NCBI GenBank assembly: GCA_964621065.1
Contig: CAZULG010000001.1
Coordinates: 11,082-75,081 of the forward strand
Direction of reading: 5' to 3'
Source of the DNA: an uncultured Methanosarcinales archaeon
GTDB taxonomy: Archaea; Nanobdellota; Nanobdellia; Woesearchaeales; UBA583
Length of the DNA stretch: 64,000 bases
This document shows positions 19,916-29,049 of the stretch, piece after piece. Numbering within the stretch: the stretch's first letter is position 1; each line of letters starts with the position of its first letter. Under the pieces are notes generated by a model. That model searched no databases and was not told the origin of the DNA. It worked only from the letters and a program-made list of their open reading frames with translations. Position numbers and translations under genes: made by a program.

Positions 19916-21363
19916 TATCCAGCTTTTGTTGAACCTTCTCGCTTAATTATTCCTCTATCAACTAATTGCTTCAAATTATATTTAATCCCATCTTCAGATA
20001 TTTTCTCAATTATTAAAGAAAGTTCTTTTCTTGTAATTTTAGGATTTTTCTTAATTTCAAGTACTATTTTTTTCTGAATATCACTTAATATTTCTTGGGT
20101 AGTTTCTTGGGTAGTTTCTTGGGTAGTTTCTTGGGTAGTTTCTAGGTCTTTTTCTAGGTCTTTTAATCCCTCATCTTCTTTAGTAGTACTTAAAAAAAAC
20201 TCAATAGTGTAATTATCAATATCATTTCTAACAACAGGCTCTTGTTTATACAAACTCAACCAACCATTAAACATTTTATCAAATCCATATCCAGCATTTT
20301 CAGCTAAATCAACAACTCTAAATATTTTAGTAATAATGGGATTTCTAGGAAGAGAAATATCACAACTCCTTAAAATTTCATATGGTTTTGGTAAAGAACC
20401 AGGGTTAAAAAATTCAAATCTATTTGAAAACACTCTAATTCTAGGCTTCATTGGTGAAAAATAATCACTATGAATTAACAAATTAACTAAAGCTTCTCTA
20501 ATTGCTTTAACCTGTGGTTGATTCTCAACTCTATGAGGTCCACTCATTTCAAAAGGAACATCAATTTTTTTAATAATCCTCTCATAAATAGCAAAAAAAT
20601 ATTCAAACAAATTTGAATGTTGTGAAAGTCTAAACTCATATCTACGAAGAGAATCACTATAACTTGTTCCCATAATTTCTAAATAATCAACTCTAAAATC
20701 AACAAAATATCTAGAAATTGAATCTTCACTTCCAAAAACTAATAAACCTCCCAATGTAACATGTAAATTTTCATCTAAAACTCTAAGTTTAGTTAAAAAA
20801 TCAATATCATTTAAAGTATTATATTGATGTTCAGGTTTTAGATTTAATAAATATTGACGAAACCTTGAAATTGTCTCTTTATTCAAATCATCAATTCTTA
20901 AATTTGTAATCTCTCTATCCTTAGTCCCATAAGATGAATTTCTATACAAAGAATCAATTTCTTCTTGAGTTAATCTCTGATCTCCTGAACCAGTTCTAAT
21001 AAATGTATTTTTTAAAGAATTAAAATAAATAGGTTTCTTTTCAGCTATTGGAATATAAAAACCTAATACAATGTTATCTTCAAATTCCCATTTTTCACAT
21101 TTTGGAATTATTTTTTGATTAAATTTACCAACTCTTAGAGCAGTTGTAAAATCTTGTTCAATTTTTTCAGGATGTTTAACTCCAGTAATTTCAAAATTTT
21201 TACCTTTTTCACTCACTCCAAAAATTAGCCAACCACCCGAAGTATTTGAAAATGCTGAAACAGTTTCCCAAGAAGATTTAGGAATTGAAGAATCACAAGT
21301 TTTAAACTCCAAATCCTCCCATTCAATCCCTTCTAGATGTTTAACTAATTCCTCTTTTTTCAT
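19897..21363 (-). CDS. AlbA_2/Schlafen-like ATPase-type DNA-binding regulator (COG2865-like)
   Basis: N-terminal DLEFKTCDSSIPKSSWETVSAFSNTSGGWLIFGV (AlbA_2 domain), and a C-terminal HTH-like ITRKELSLIIEKISEDGIKYNLKQLVDRGIIKR; it sits between hsdM and hsdS. Confidence 0.55.
   Translation of the reverse strand: MKKEELVKHLEGIEWEDLEFKTCDSSIPKSSWETVSAFSNTSGGWLIFGVSEKGKNFEITGVKHPEKIEQDFTTALRVGKFNQKIIPKCEKWEFEDNIVLGFYIPIAEKKPIYFNSLKNTFIRTGSGDQRLTQEEIDSLYRNSSYGTKDREITNLRIDDLNKETISRFRQYLLNLKPEHQYNTLNDIDFLTKLRVLDENLHVTLGGLLVFGSEDSISRYFVDFRVDYLEIMGTSYSDSLRRYEFRLSQHSNLFEYFFAIYERIIKKIDVPFEMSGPHRVENQPQVKAIREALVNLLIHSDYFSPMKPRIRVFSNRFEFFNPGSLPKPYEILRSCDISLPRNPIITKIFRVVDLAENAGYGFDKMFNGWLSLYKQEPVVRNDIDNYTIEFFLSTTKEDEGLKDLEKDLETTQETTQETTQETTQEILSDIQKKIVLEIKKNPKITRKELSLIIEKISEDGIKYNLKQLVDRGIIKREGSTKAGYWRILK
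20091..20162. repeat. In-frame 12-nt tandem repeat inside the regulator gene
   Basis: TTTCTTGGGTAG x4 (20091-20138) then TTTCTAGGTCTT x2 (20139-20162); on the coding strand this encodes (TTQE)x4 preceded by (KDLE)x2. Confidence 0.9.
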
Positions 21364-21444
21364 TTTTCTTATTAATATTTATTGCTTATTTTATTAGTAA
21401 CTGTTTTTCCTATTAATATAAAACACCATTCTTTATTAGTAAGA

Positions 21445-22944
21445 CTAAATTTTAAATCCCAATCCTTCTAGATTCTTCTTGATCTCTTCTTCTAACTCAT
21501 CAGATTTTTTAAACTGCTCAGATAACTCATTAACCAATCTCCTCATTTTATCTTCATATGGCTCACTATCCTCCTCTTCATCTTTTACACCAACATATCT
21601 TCCTGGGGTCAGTACAAAATCTTGCTTAGAAACTTCATCAATGCTCACTGATTTACAAAATCCTTTAATATCTTCATAGTCTTGTGAATTTTGCCAACTA
21701 TGCACCGTTTGAGAAATATAGGAAATCTCATCAGAAGACAACTCTCTTAATCTTCTATTAATCATCTCTCCCATATCACGACAATCTACAAAGAGTATCT
21801 CATTTGTTCTCTTCTTATCTCTATTCAAGAACCACAAACATGCAGGAATTCCTGTGTTATAAAATAACTTATCAGGCAATGCAACAATACACTCAACTAA
21901 ATCATCTTTAATGATTTTCTTTCTAATCTCACCTTCTCCAGCAGTATTTGAAGACATAGAACCATTTGATAATACAAAACCAGCTTTTCCTTTTTGAGAT
22001 AAATGATAAATAAAATGTTGAACCCACGCATAATTTGCATTTCCATTCGGAGGCATACCATACACCCATCGAGGATCCTCTTGTAATCTATTAGCCCCCC
22101 AATCTGAAATATTAAACGGAGGATTTGCAATAATAAAATCAGCTTTCAAAGACGAATGTTGATTAAAATGAAAACTATCATCAGCTCTCTCTCCTAAATC
22201 ATGATCTAATCCTCGAATTGCTAAATTCATTTTACACAATTTCCAAGTAGTAGGATTACTTTCTTGACCATATATTGACAAATCTCCAACTCTTCCACCA
22301 TGAGCCTCCACAAATTTCTCACTCATTACAAACATTCCTCCACTTCCACACGCAGGATCATAAATTTTCCCCTCATAGGGTTCTAAAATCTCAACTAAAA
22401 GTTGAACAACGCTATCAGGAGTATAAAACTCTCCTCCGCCCTTTCCCTCAGCTGATGCGAATTTTCCAATAAAGTATTCATAAATTCTTCCCAAAATATC
22501 TTTACTCTCTTCATACGATTTTCCAGAATCAATTGAATGAATCAAATCAACAACTTCTCCAAGAACAACCTTATTCAACTCAGGTCTTCCATAATTTCGA
22601 GGCAATACATTTCTAAGTGTCTTATTATCCTTCTCAATTGAAATCATAGCATTATCGATAACTTCTCCAATCTCAGGAGTTTTTGCCTTCTCAACAATAT
22701 TTGACCATCTCGCATCTTTAGGAACAAAAAAGACATGATGAGCGAGATACTCATCCTTATCTTCAGGATCTGCATATTCTTCAGTTTTAATTCTCTCATA
22801 AATATTCTCAAAGGAATCAGAAATAAATTTTAAAAATATTAAACCCAAAATAACATGCTTATACTCAGAAGCATCCATATTATTTCTCAACTTATCAGCT
22901 GCAGCCCATAATTTAGCTTCCAATTTTGAATTTTCTTCAACCAT
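21445..22944 (-). CDS. hsdM: Type I restriction-modification methyltransferase subunit HsdM
   Basis: N6-adenine MTase motifs DPACGSGGMF (motif I) and IANPPFN (motif IV), plus the HsdM N-terminal domain. Confidence 0.9.
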   Translation of the reverse strand: MVEENSKLEAKLWAAADKLRNNMDASEYKHVILGLIFLKFISDSFENIYERIKTEEYADPEDKDEYLAHHVFFVPKDARWSNIVEKAKTPEIGEVIDNAMISIEKDNKTLRNVLPRNYGRPELNKVVLGEVVDLIHSIDSGKSYEESKDILGRIYEYFIGKFASAEGKGGGEFYTPDSVVQLLVEILEPYEGKIYDPACGSGGMFVMSEKFVEAHGGRVGDLSIYGQESNPTTWKLCKMNLAIRGLDHDLGERADDSFHFNQHSSLKADFIIANPPFNISDWGANRLQEDPRWVYGMPPNGNANYAWVQHFIYHLSQKGKAGFVLSNGSMSSNTAGEGEIRKKIIKDDLVECIVALPDKLFYNTGIPACLWFLNRDKKRTNEILFVDCRDMGEMINRRLRELSSDEISYISQTVHSWQNSQDYEDIKGFCKSVSIDEVSKQDFVLTPGRYVGVKDEEEDSEPYEDKMRRLVNELSEQFKKSDELEEEIKKNLEGLGFKI

Positions 22945-22952
22945 ACAAAAAT

Positions 22953-22981
22953 CACAATAATTTTATTTATAAATTATTGTG
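22953..22981 (-). promoter_or_regulatory. Palindromic operator-like element over the TATA-like box just upstream of the hsdM start codon
   Basis: CACAATAAT-TTTATTTATAA-ATTATTGTG: 9-bp inverted arms flank an A/T box centred ~23 nt upstream of the ATG, suggesting a leaderless transcript. Confidence 0.35.
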
Positions 22982-23026
22982 TTAATAAAAATAGAATTAT
23001 TCAAAAATAAAAATTAAAAAATATAG

Positions 23027-23230
23027 CTAAAGTGTTAAATACTCTCTACTCCCTCTCATCCCAGCAGTATATACTGCCCTAGAATCAAAGTAATCAATCT
23101 GATTACTCCTTCTATTAACATTATACTGTACTGGTTGTCTATCTTCTAACATTCCAATAAAATAAATGTATGGACATAAATCGTTATTCTCAACTTCTGG
23201 TTTTAAATCTAATATTTTAATTAATGACAT
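23027..23230 (-). CDS. Hypothetical small protein
   Basis: ORF only. Confidence 0.2.
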   Translation of the reverse strand: MSLIKILDLKPEVENNDLCPYIYFIGMLEDRQPVQYNVNRRSNQIDYFDSRAVYTAGMRGSREYLTL

Positions 23231-23421
23231 AATTTATTAAGGAATACAATTTATATAAACATAAAGGTCAACAAGATTTGTAAATTTATATTTTTAAACC
23301 CTATATTTCTAAAATAATGACAAATTAATAGAAATATTATTCAAGAGCGTAGCTCTTAGACACTTCTACTCATCTCTTAAATTAGCGTTAATTTATTCAA
23401 AATTAATGCTCCCTTGAGAGA

Positions 23422-24618
23422 CTATTCGTCCCTCAAATTATCCGCAGGATTTACATTTGCAGCCAAATACGCAGGATATGCTCCAAAAAATCCTCCAAAC
23501 AAAACAGTTGCAATTACAGCTCCTAAAAAATACACCCAACTAAACACAACTGGGAATGAAAATCCAATGCTGTTTAACACAACATCACTCAAAATTTGAG
23601 CAACCCAAAATGAAGTTAAATAACCAATAATTGATCCAACAATACTCAAAATGACACTCTCAACAATATACATATACACAATTTGTGAATTTGTAGCGCC
23701 CATCGCCTTTTGAACTGAAATCTCATTAACTCGCTCCAATACATTAGAGTACATCGTATTCATCACATTAATTCCACCAACTACAAGAGCAATTCCTGCA
23801 ATCACACTAATGACAATATTGAGTGTGAAAAATATCGCATTAATTTGTTCAAGTGTTTGTTGTGGAGATGAAATCTCAATTTCTTTTGGTTGATTTGGTC
23901 GATTAAAATATGAATCAATCTTCTCCCGCTCTGCTTCAATATCTACTCCTTGAAAATAACTCACTCGCACATTTGTAAATGTATCTTGCCCAGATAAATC
24001 TTCAATATCAGAAAATGACATTCGCATTGATGAATCAATAAACAAATCATCCTTTGCTTCTAAAATCCCAACAACACGAAAACTCTTTCCATTAGTTGAA
24101 ATAGAATTTCCAACTCTGAGCTCTCGATTAAACGTATCTTGTGCAACTTTAGCACCCAATACAACAACTCCACTGTCTCCTTGACGAATATTTCTTCCTT
24201 GAGCAATTTCAACATTTAAATCCTCATAAATATCATTTAAATCTTCATCAGGATATGCTAAAGCTAAAATACTCTCCTCCTCACGTCCATACTCATAACG
24301 CGTAGAATAAAATATTGACCCACTAATATACTTATATCCATCTGCAATTCGCTTCAACTCTTCAATTGTCTTTTGCTCAACACCACCTCCTCCTGGTGGA
24401 CCATTTTGCTGTGAATTTTCAGGAGATGAAATTGTCAATACATTAAGTCCAAACGATGAAATTTGATTCTCAACACCTTGTGAGAGCCCTGTTCCTGCAA
24501 ACTGAAAAAAAGTAAATGTGAAAATTCCAATAAAAATACCAAATGTTGTCAAAAACACACGAAGCGGTTTTTCTTGTAAGGTTTTCAAAACTAATTTTGT
24601 TAAATCAAAAACTCCCAT
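23422..24618 (-). CDS. ABC transporter permease, FtsX/MacB-like
   Basis: N-terminal TM, ~230-aa extracytoplasmic domain, and a C-terminal 3-TM FtsX domain (LNIVISVIAGIALVVGGINVMNTMYSNVLER...); no cognate ATPase adjacent. Confidence 0.65.
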   Translation of the reverse strand: MGVFDLTKLVLKTLQEKPLRVFLTTFGIFIGIFTFTFFQFAGTGLSQGVENQISSFGLNVLTISSPENSQQNGPPGGGGVEQKTIEELKRIADGYKYISGSIFYSTRYEYGREEESILALAYPDEDLNDIYEDLNVEIAQGRNIRQGDSGVVVLGAKVAQDTFNRELRVGNSISTNGKSFRVVGILEAKDDLFIDSSMRMSFSDIEDLSGQDTFTNVRVSYFQGVDIEAEREKIDSYFNRPNQPKEIEISSPQQTLEQINAIFFTLNIVISVIAGIALVVGGINVMNTMYSNVLERVNEISVQKAMGATNSQIVYMYIVESVILSIVGSIIGYLTSFWVAQILSDVVLNSIGFSFPVVFSWVYFLGAVIATVLFGGFFGAYPAYLAANVNPADNLRDE

Positions 24619-24719
24619 TCTCTACATAAACAATAAATCAAATATTATTAAAACTATGTATTATCAAGCAAGTTAAGTTAAAAATTGAATAATATTATGA
24701 ATACATAAACGCTCAAATA

Positions 24720-25133
24720 TTAAAATTTAGGTAAATTCTCAATAGCGACACTTTCCTTTTCAAACACTTCTTGTAAGTCATCAACTTGAATAATTCCAAG
24801 GTGAAAATGCATAAGTGAGCGTGAGTTGTGCTCTCCTACTACATAAATTCTAATATTGTTATTCCTCATCCACTCACCTATCACAACTCCAAGCTCAATA
24901 AACATATCTGTCCCACCAACATCAGAAATTAAAACAAATACGTCTACATCTTTAAGAGCTGAGACAATTGAGTGGGCAATATGTAAGCACTGACTTGCAT
25001 TTTCAACATAAGGTTTTTGAACATCTAACTCAGACCAGTCGAATACAATTTCTTCACCTTGCATCTTGAGTTGCTTAGTAATAGATTGAATTTTTTCTTT
25101 ATGCCTCATTCGAGATGCAAAATACCATTTCAT
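24720..25133 (-). CDS. Hypothetical protein, nucleoside 2-deoxyribosyltransferase-like fold suggested
   Basis: WYFASRMRH N-terminus and VFVLISDVGGTDMFIELGVVIG resemble the Rossmann-like NDT/SLOG pattern. Confidence 0.3.
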   Translation of the reverse strand: MKWYFASRMRHKEKIQSITKQLKMQGEEIVFDWSELDVQKPYVENASQCLHIAHSIVSALKDVDVFVLISDVGGTDMFIELGVVIGEWMRNNNIRIYVVGEHNSRSLMHFHLGIIQVDDLQEVFEKESVAIENLPKF

Positions 25134-25255
25134 ACAAATAGTTCAAATACATTATTTATATAATTTTGTAACATTTTTTATATTTATAAAATATGGACTA
25201 ACTACTAAGAATAATGAAAGTATAATAAAAATATTCAAAAAATTAGTTAATTAAT

Positions 25256-25870
25256 TCAATTCTTCTTTTTCTTAAGTGGTTTCATTTGAACCTTATCTGA
25301 AATAATTGTAGAATTTCCAGTTTCATCTTTGAGTTTTAGAGTAATTTTTTTCTCTCCTGCAAACACTTCATCAATTCCCTTTAAAATATTTTTAACTTTT
25401 TTTCGTTGAGCTTTGTCCAAATCATCATCATTTTTCAATAACTCTACTTGATAACGAAACCGTGTTAATACTCCTTCAATATTTGTAATAAACCCCTCAG
25501 ACGCCATTGAGGAATCAACTGAAATTCTAAATGAAGGGATTTTAATCTCACACGCACCTGATTTAATTACTCGAATATTTAAATCTTCTTTTGATTCTAC
25601 ATCAATTGAATACTCAGCAGGAGTTCCTTCTTCAATAAATTCTAAATCTGAATTTTTGAACCCACACGCTGTGCATTTAATCGAAAAAATCGCAATTGGA
25701 CCTGTATATGGATCCTCCATTTCATATTCACTAAATGTTGCTTCATGCTTACCACACACAGGACATTGTTGTTTTTCAACAATAAAGATATCTGGATTTT
25801 GAGAACTTTGAACCATTATATAAAAAGTGAGAGAGTTGTTTAAAAATGTATTGATTAATTTGTCACTCAA
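25256..25870 (-). CDS. ZPR1-type C4 zinc-finger protein (COG1779-like)
   Basis: CPVCG...(28 aa)...CTACG zinc ribbon followed by a beta-rich domain; ~200 aa, typical of archaeal ZPR1 homologues. Confidence 0.45.
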   Translation of the reverse strand: MSDKLINTFLNNSLTFYIMVQSSQNPDIFIVEKQQCPVCGKHEATFSEYEMEDPYTGPIAIFSIKCTACGFKNSDLEFIEEGTPAEYSIDVESKEDLNIRVIKSGACEIKIPSFRISVDSSMASEGFITNIEGVLTRFRYQVELLKNDDDLDKAQRKKVKNILKGIDEVFAGEKKITLKLKDETGNSTIISDKVQMKPLKKKKN

Positions 25871-25890
25871 AACTAATTTGAATATTCAAA

Positions 25891-27357
25891 TCATTCTTTT
25901 TTGTAAATGATAAACCCATTAGCAAATCTTTTATCATCTTTTATAACAAATCCTTGTTGTTCGATTTTCTCTCGAATATCATCTGCCTTTGAAAAGTTCT
26001 TCTCCTCTTTTGCACTCTTCCTCTTCTGAGCAAGTTCTTGAATTTCTTGTGGGATTGAGGATGTAATTTTTGTCTCATCAATGAGTCCAAGAACTCTATC
26101 TATCGTATAAAAATACTCATACACTTTTTTAATATCATCTTGATGAATACTACCAAGTGAGTTTACAAATGAGATAATTGAATACACATTCTTCAATGCT
26201 TTTGCAGTGTTTAAATCATCACAAATCGACTCATTAAATTCCCTCAAATTCTTCTCAAGTTCTTTATGAAGAGATTCATTTTCTCTATCATTGAATGCTT
26301 TAAATTGTAGCTCATATAAAAAATAATGAATCTTATTCAAATTTTGCTGCGCAGCATCAAGTGCTTCAAATGAAATATCTCCTGATTTTCGATAATGTGA
26401 TTGCAATAGTAATAATCGATACGATAAAGCAGAATAGCCTTTTTCTTCTAGATCTGAGATTAAATATACATTTCCCAATGATTTAGACATTTTCTCTCCT
26501 GCAAATGTAATATGACCATTGTGCATCCAAAACGTAACATCTTTAATGCAATGTGAACATGCATTTTGTGCAATCTCATTTTCATGGTGAATCGGAATAT
26601 GATCAATACCTCCTGTGTGAATATCAATATACTCTCCTAAATATTTATACCCCATGGCTGAACACTCAATGTGCCATCCTGGAAATCCAACTCCCCATTT
26701 TGAATCCCATTTCATTGCGTGGTGTTCATGTTTACCACTTGCAAATTTCCACAGAGCAAAATCTTGAGGATTACGTTTTTCAGAATTCACATCAATTCTC
26801 ACACCTACTTCTTTTTCATCCAATTTTTGTCCACTTAATTGACCATAGTCTTTATACTTTGACACGTCAAAATACACACCATCACTTGTTGTATATGTCA
26901 CTCCCTCTACTTCAAGTTTTTCAATCATTTCAAGCTGTTCTTGAATGTGTTCAGTTGCTTTAGGCATAACACTTGGAAGTTGAATATGTAGTTTTTCTAA
27001 ATCTTGTAAATATACATTAGTATAGAACTGAGCAATTTCAAGAGGTGTTTTTTTCTCACTTTTTGCAGCTCTCATCATTTTATCATCCCCATCATCTCCC
27101 AATTCATCATCATCAGTTAAATGACCAACATCAGTAATATTTTGAACAGAGTATAAATTATATCCCGCGTATGTAATCACTCTTCTTAAAATATCCCAAC
27201 TCAGCGCTGCTTTTAAGTTTCCAATATGTTGATACGAATAAACAGTTGGTCCACACGAGTAAATTTTCACAAGTTCAGGATTATGAGGTTGAAATACTTC
27301 AACGCTTCGAGTTTTTGTATTATAAAATTGTAATTGTAATTTTGGTTGCTTTGTCAT
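25891..27357 (-). CDS. cysS: Cysteinyl-tRNA synthetase
   Basis: CGPTVYSYQHIGN (HIGH) and KMSKSLGN motifs; Cys-tRNA synthetase zinc ligands. Confidence 0.9.
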   Translation of the reverse strand: MTKQPKLQLQFYNTKTRSVEVFQPHNPELVKIYSCGPTVYSYQHIGNLKAALSWDILRRVITYAGYNLYSVQNITDVGHLTDDDELGDDGDDKMMRAAKSEKKTPLEIAQFYTNVYLQDLEKLHIQLPSVMPKATEHIQEQLEMIEKLEVEGVTYTTSDGVYFDVSKYKDYGQLSGQKLDEKEVGVRIDVNSEKRNPQDFALWKFASGKHEHHAMKWDSKWGVGFPGWHIECSAMGYKYLGEYIDIHTGGIDHIPIHHENEIAQNACSHCIKDVTFWMHNGHITFAGEKMSKSLGNVYLISDLEEKGYSALSYRLLLLQSHYRKSGDISFEALDAAQQNLNKIHYFLYELQFKAFNDRENESLHKELEKNLREFNESICDDLNTAKALKNVYSIISFVNSLGSIHQDDIKKVYEYFYTIDRVLGLIDETKITSSIPQEIQELAQKRKSAKEEKNFSKADDIREKIEQQGFVIKDDKRFANGFIIYKKE

Positions 27358-27638
27358 TTTTTATTATTTTTTTATTATGTGAAATCTCAAATTAAGATAT
27401 TAATATATTTATTTGTTATTTTTAATCAATCAAGTTATTTTATAACTAATTGATTAAGTTATCTTTTAAATTTTTATAGAGAAATAATAGTTACAAACAA
27501 AACGCTTTTGTGCTACCAATGTAGGAGATTTTACTTAATTGAGTAATCATATTCTAGTATGTTGTAAATTATTTAAAAAACTATGTGAAAAATTGAAACT
27601 ACAGATAAGTTTAATAATACCATATTTCATATAATTGT

Positions 27639-27836
27639 ATGGAACAAAGTAAAAAAGTTACAATTCTTTATACAAATTGGAAAGGAGAAACTGCTCAAAG
27701 AACAATTATTCCTCAATCAATTGAGTTTACTTCAAATCAGTGGCATACTCAAGAGCAATGGATTTTAACTGCATGGGATGTAGAAAAGAAAAATTATAGA
27801 CATTTTCCAATGAAGGATATCAAAAAATGGTCTTAA
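27639..27836 (+). CDS. Small WYL-like domain protein
   Basis: VTILYTNWKGETAQRTIIPQSIEF...WILTAWDVEKKNYRHFPMKDIKKW follows the WYL-domain beta-barrel consensus. Confidence 0.3.
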   Translation: MEQSKKVTILYTNWKGETAQRTIIPQSIEFTSNQWHTQEQWILTAWDVEKKNYRHFPMKDIKKWS

Positions 27837-27901
27837 TCAGTTTAATATTCTCAAAAAGCCTTTGATTTTTGTTGGATATAAAGAAGTGAAAATGAATCAA
27901 G

Positions 27902-28168
27902 TTAATATACTTTTCCTCTAAAATTAGCAGTTTTTACCCAAATTATGTTTTCTTTTTTGAGTAATTGAAAAATTACTCTTACATCTCCTATCCTTAAACG
28001 ATAAAATTCTTGATTCTTTTTTATATTTTGCATCTTTTTAATATCTAAATCTAATTTTTTTGAACTTTTAAAGTGTTTAAGTTGTTGAATTTTTAACTTA
28101 ATTTCATCGTAGTTTTCAAGAGTATATAAAAAATTATCTACGCTTTTCTTAACCTTTAGAATATACAT
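27902..28168 (-). CDS. RelE/ParE family toxin
   Basis: C-terminus YRLRIGDVRVIFQLLKKENIIWVKTANFRGKVY. Confidence 0.55.
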   Translation of the reverse strand: MYILKVKKSVDNFLYTLENYDEIKLKIQQLKHFKSSKKLDLDIKKMQNIKKNQEFYRLRIGDVRVIFQLLKKENIIWVKTANFRGKVY

Positions 28169-28176
28169 TTTTAGTA

Positions 28177-28350
28177 CTCTACACTATCTTGCTCATCAAA
28201 TTCTTCATACAAAGAGTCTTTATGTAGTTTTTCTAATTCTTCTTGTTCTTGAATAGAAATTTCTTCGTAGTCATTTAATTCCTCTCTCACTGCTTTTTTG
28301 ATAAGGGAGAATAATTCGTCTTTACTAATAGTAATCATCTCAGTTGTCAT
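28177..28350 (-). CDS. Putative antitoxin, ~57 aa, below the ORF-track cutoff
   Basis: MTTEMITISKDELFSLIKKAVREELNDYEE... lies immediately upstream of the toxin, separated by a few nt; acidic C-terminus. End coordinate approximate. Confidence 0.35.
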
Positions 28351-28480
28351 ATGTATTATAAGGATTTAAAATTTAAATACTTTTCTAAGATATATGCAAA
28401 AAATAACTATTAATACGCTCAAGACTACAAATACAGTCAATGAAAATGTAAATCAGCTTGAATGTAATGATATTTTTTTA

Positions 28481-28726
28481 TTATTTATCTTTGTGATATA
28501 TATCTAAAAACAAAATTATCAGTTCATCTTCAATATACTCGTAAGAAATTCTAAATGGTTTAGCATAGACTTCTCTAGTTCCTCTTCTAGAATATCTCAT
28601 TGGTTTTCCAATATGAGGATTTTCAATTATTTTGTTTATTTGTTTCAAGATTGCTTTTTGATTATTTGAGTCTAATTTTTGAAATATTTTATCAAACCTT
28701 TTATCATATTCTACATTAATCTTCAT
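28481..28726 (-). CDS. RelE/ParE (YoeB-like) family toxin
   Basis: GKPMRYSRRGTREVYAKPFRISYEYIEDELIILFLDIYHKDK. Confidence 0.5.
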   Translation of the reverse strand: MKINVEYDKRFDKIFQKLDSNNQKAILKQINKIIENPHIGKPMRYSRRGTREVYAKPFRISYEYIEDELIILFLDIYHKDK

Positions 28727-28973
28727 CTTTAATCATAGATTCTAAATGTTTAACAAACTCTTTTGCTCTCATTTTCGTGAACTCTCCTCTCCCATGTGCT
28801 TGATACGCTTTTTCAGTTCTCTGTGCAAATTCTAAATCTTCTTGTTCTTGTTCAATCATTTCCTTAATCATCTCCTTAATTGCAAGATTTTTGCTCTTTA
28901 TTCCTCGTTGAGCTTTAAATACATTAAGAAATTTATTTTCTTCTTCAGTTAAATTAATAATCGCTTGCACCAT
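28716..28973 (-). CDS. Antitoxin partner, overlapping the toxin start by 11 nt
   Basis: 85-aa charged protein directly upstream of and overlapping the RelE-like gene. Confidence 0.45.
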   Translation of the reverse strand: MVQAIINLTEEENKFLNVFKAQRGIKSKNLAIKEMIKEMIEQEQEDLEFAQRTEKAYQAHGRGEFTKMRAKEFVKHLESMIKDED

Positions 28974-29049
28974 TTTATAATAAAATATAATATTTTATAA
29001 TATATAAATGTATTGGAGGATTAAAGAATTGAAAAAAAATAGAGAAGGT

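Noticed and set aside
23344-23360. Hairpin AAGAGC-GTA-GCTCTT downstream of the FtsX permease gene as a terminator
   Set aside because: It is an isolated hairpin without an adjacent U-tract and does not share the UUC-triloop pattern.
6587-26963. Antisense or alternative-frame ORFs nested inside larger genes: 6587..6781, 11380..11568, 13051..13317, 15842..16147, 17811..18035, 19844..20077, 21479..21679, 21897..22130, 22275..22472, 26553..26963
   Set aside because: Each lies wholly within a longer ORF that has clear family motifs; they are compositionally odd and typical AT-rich frame noise.
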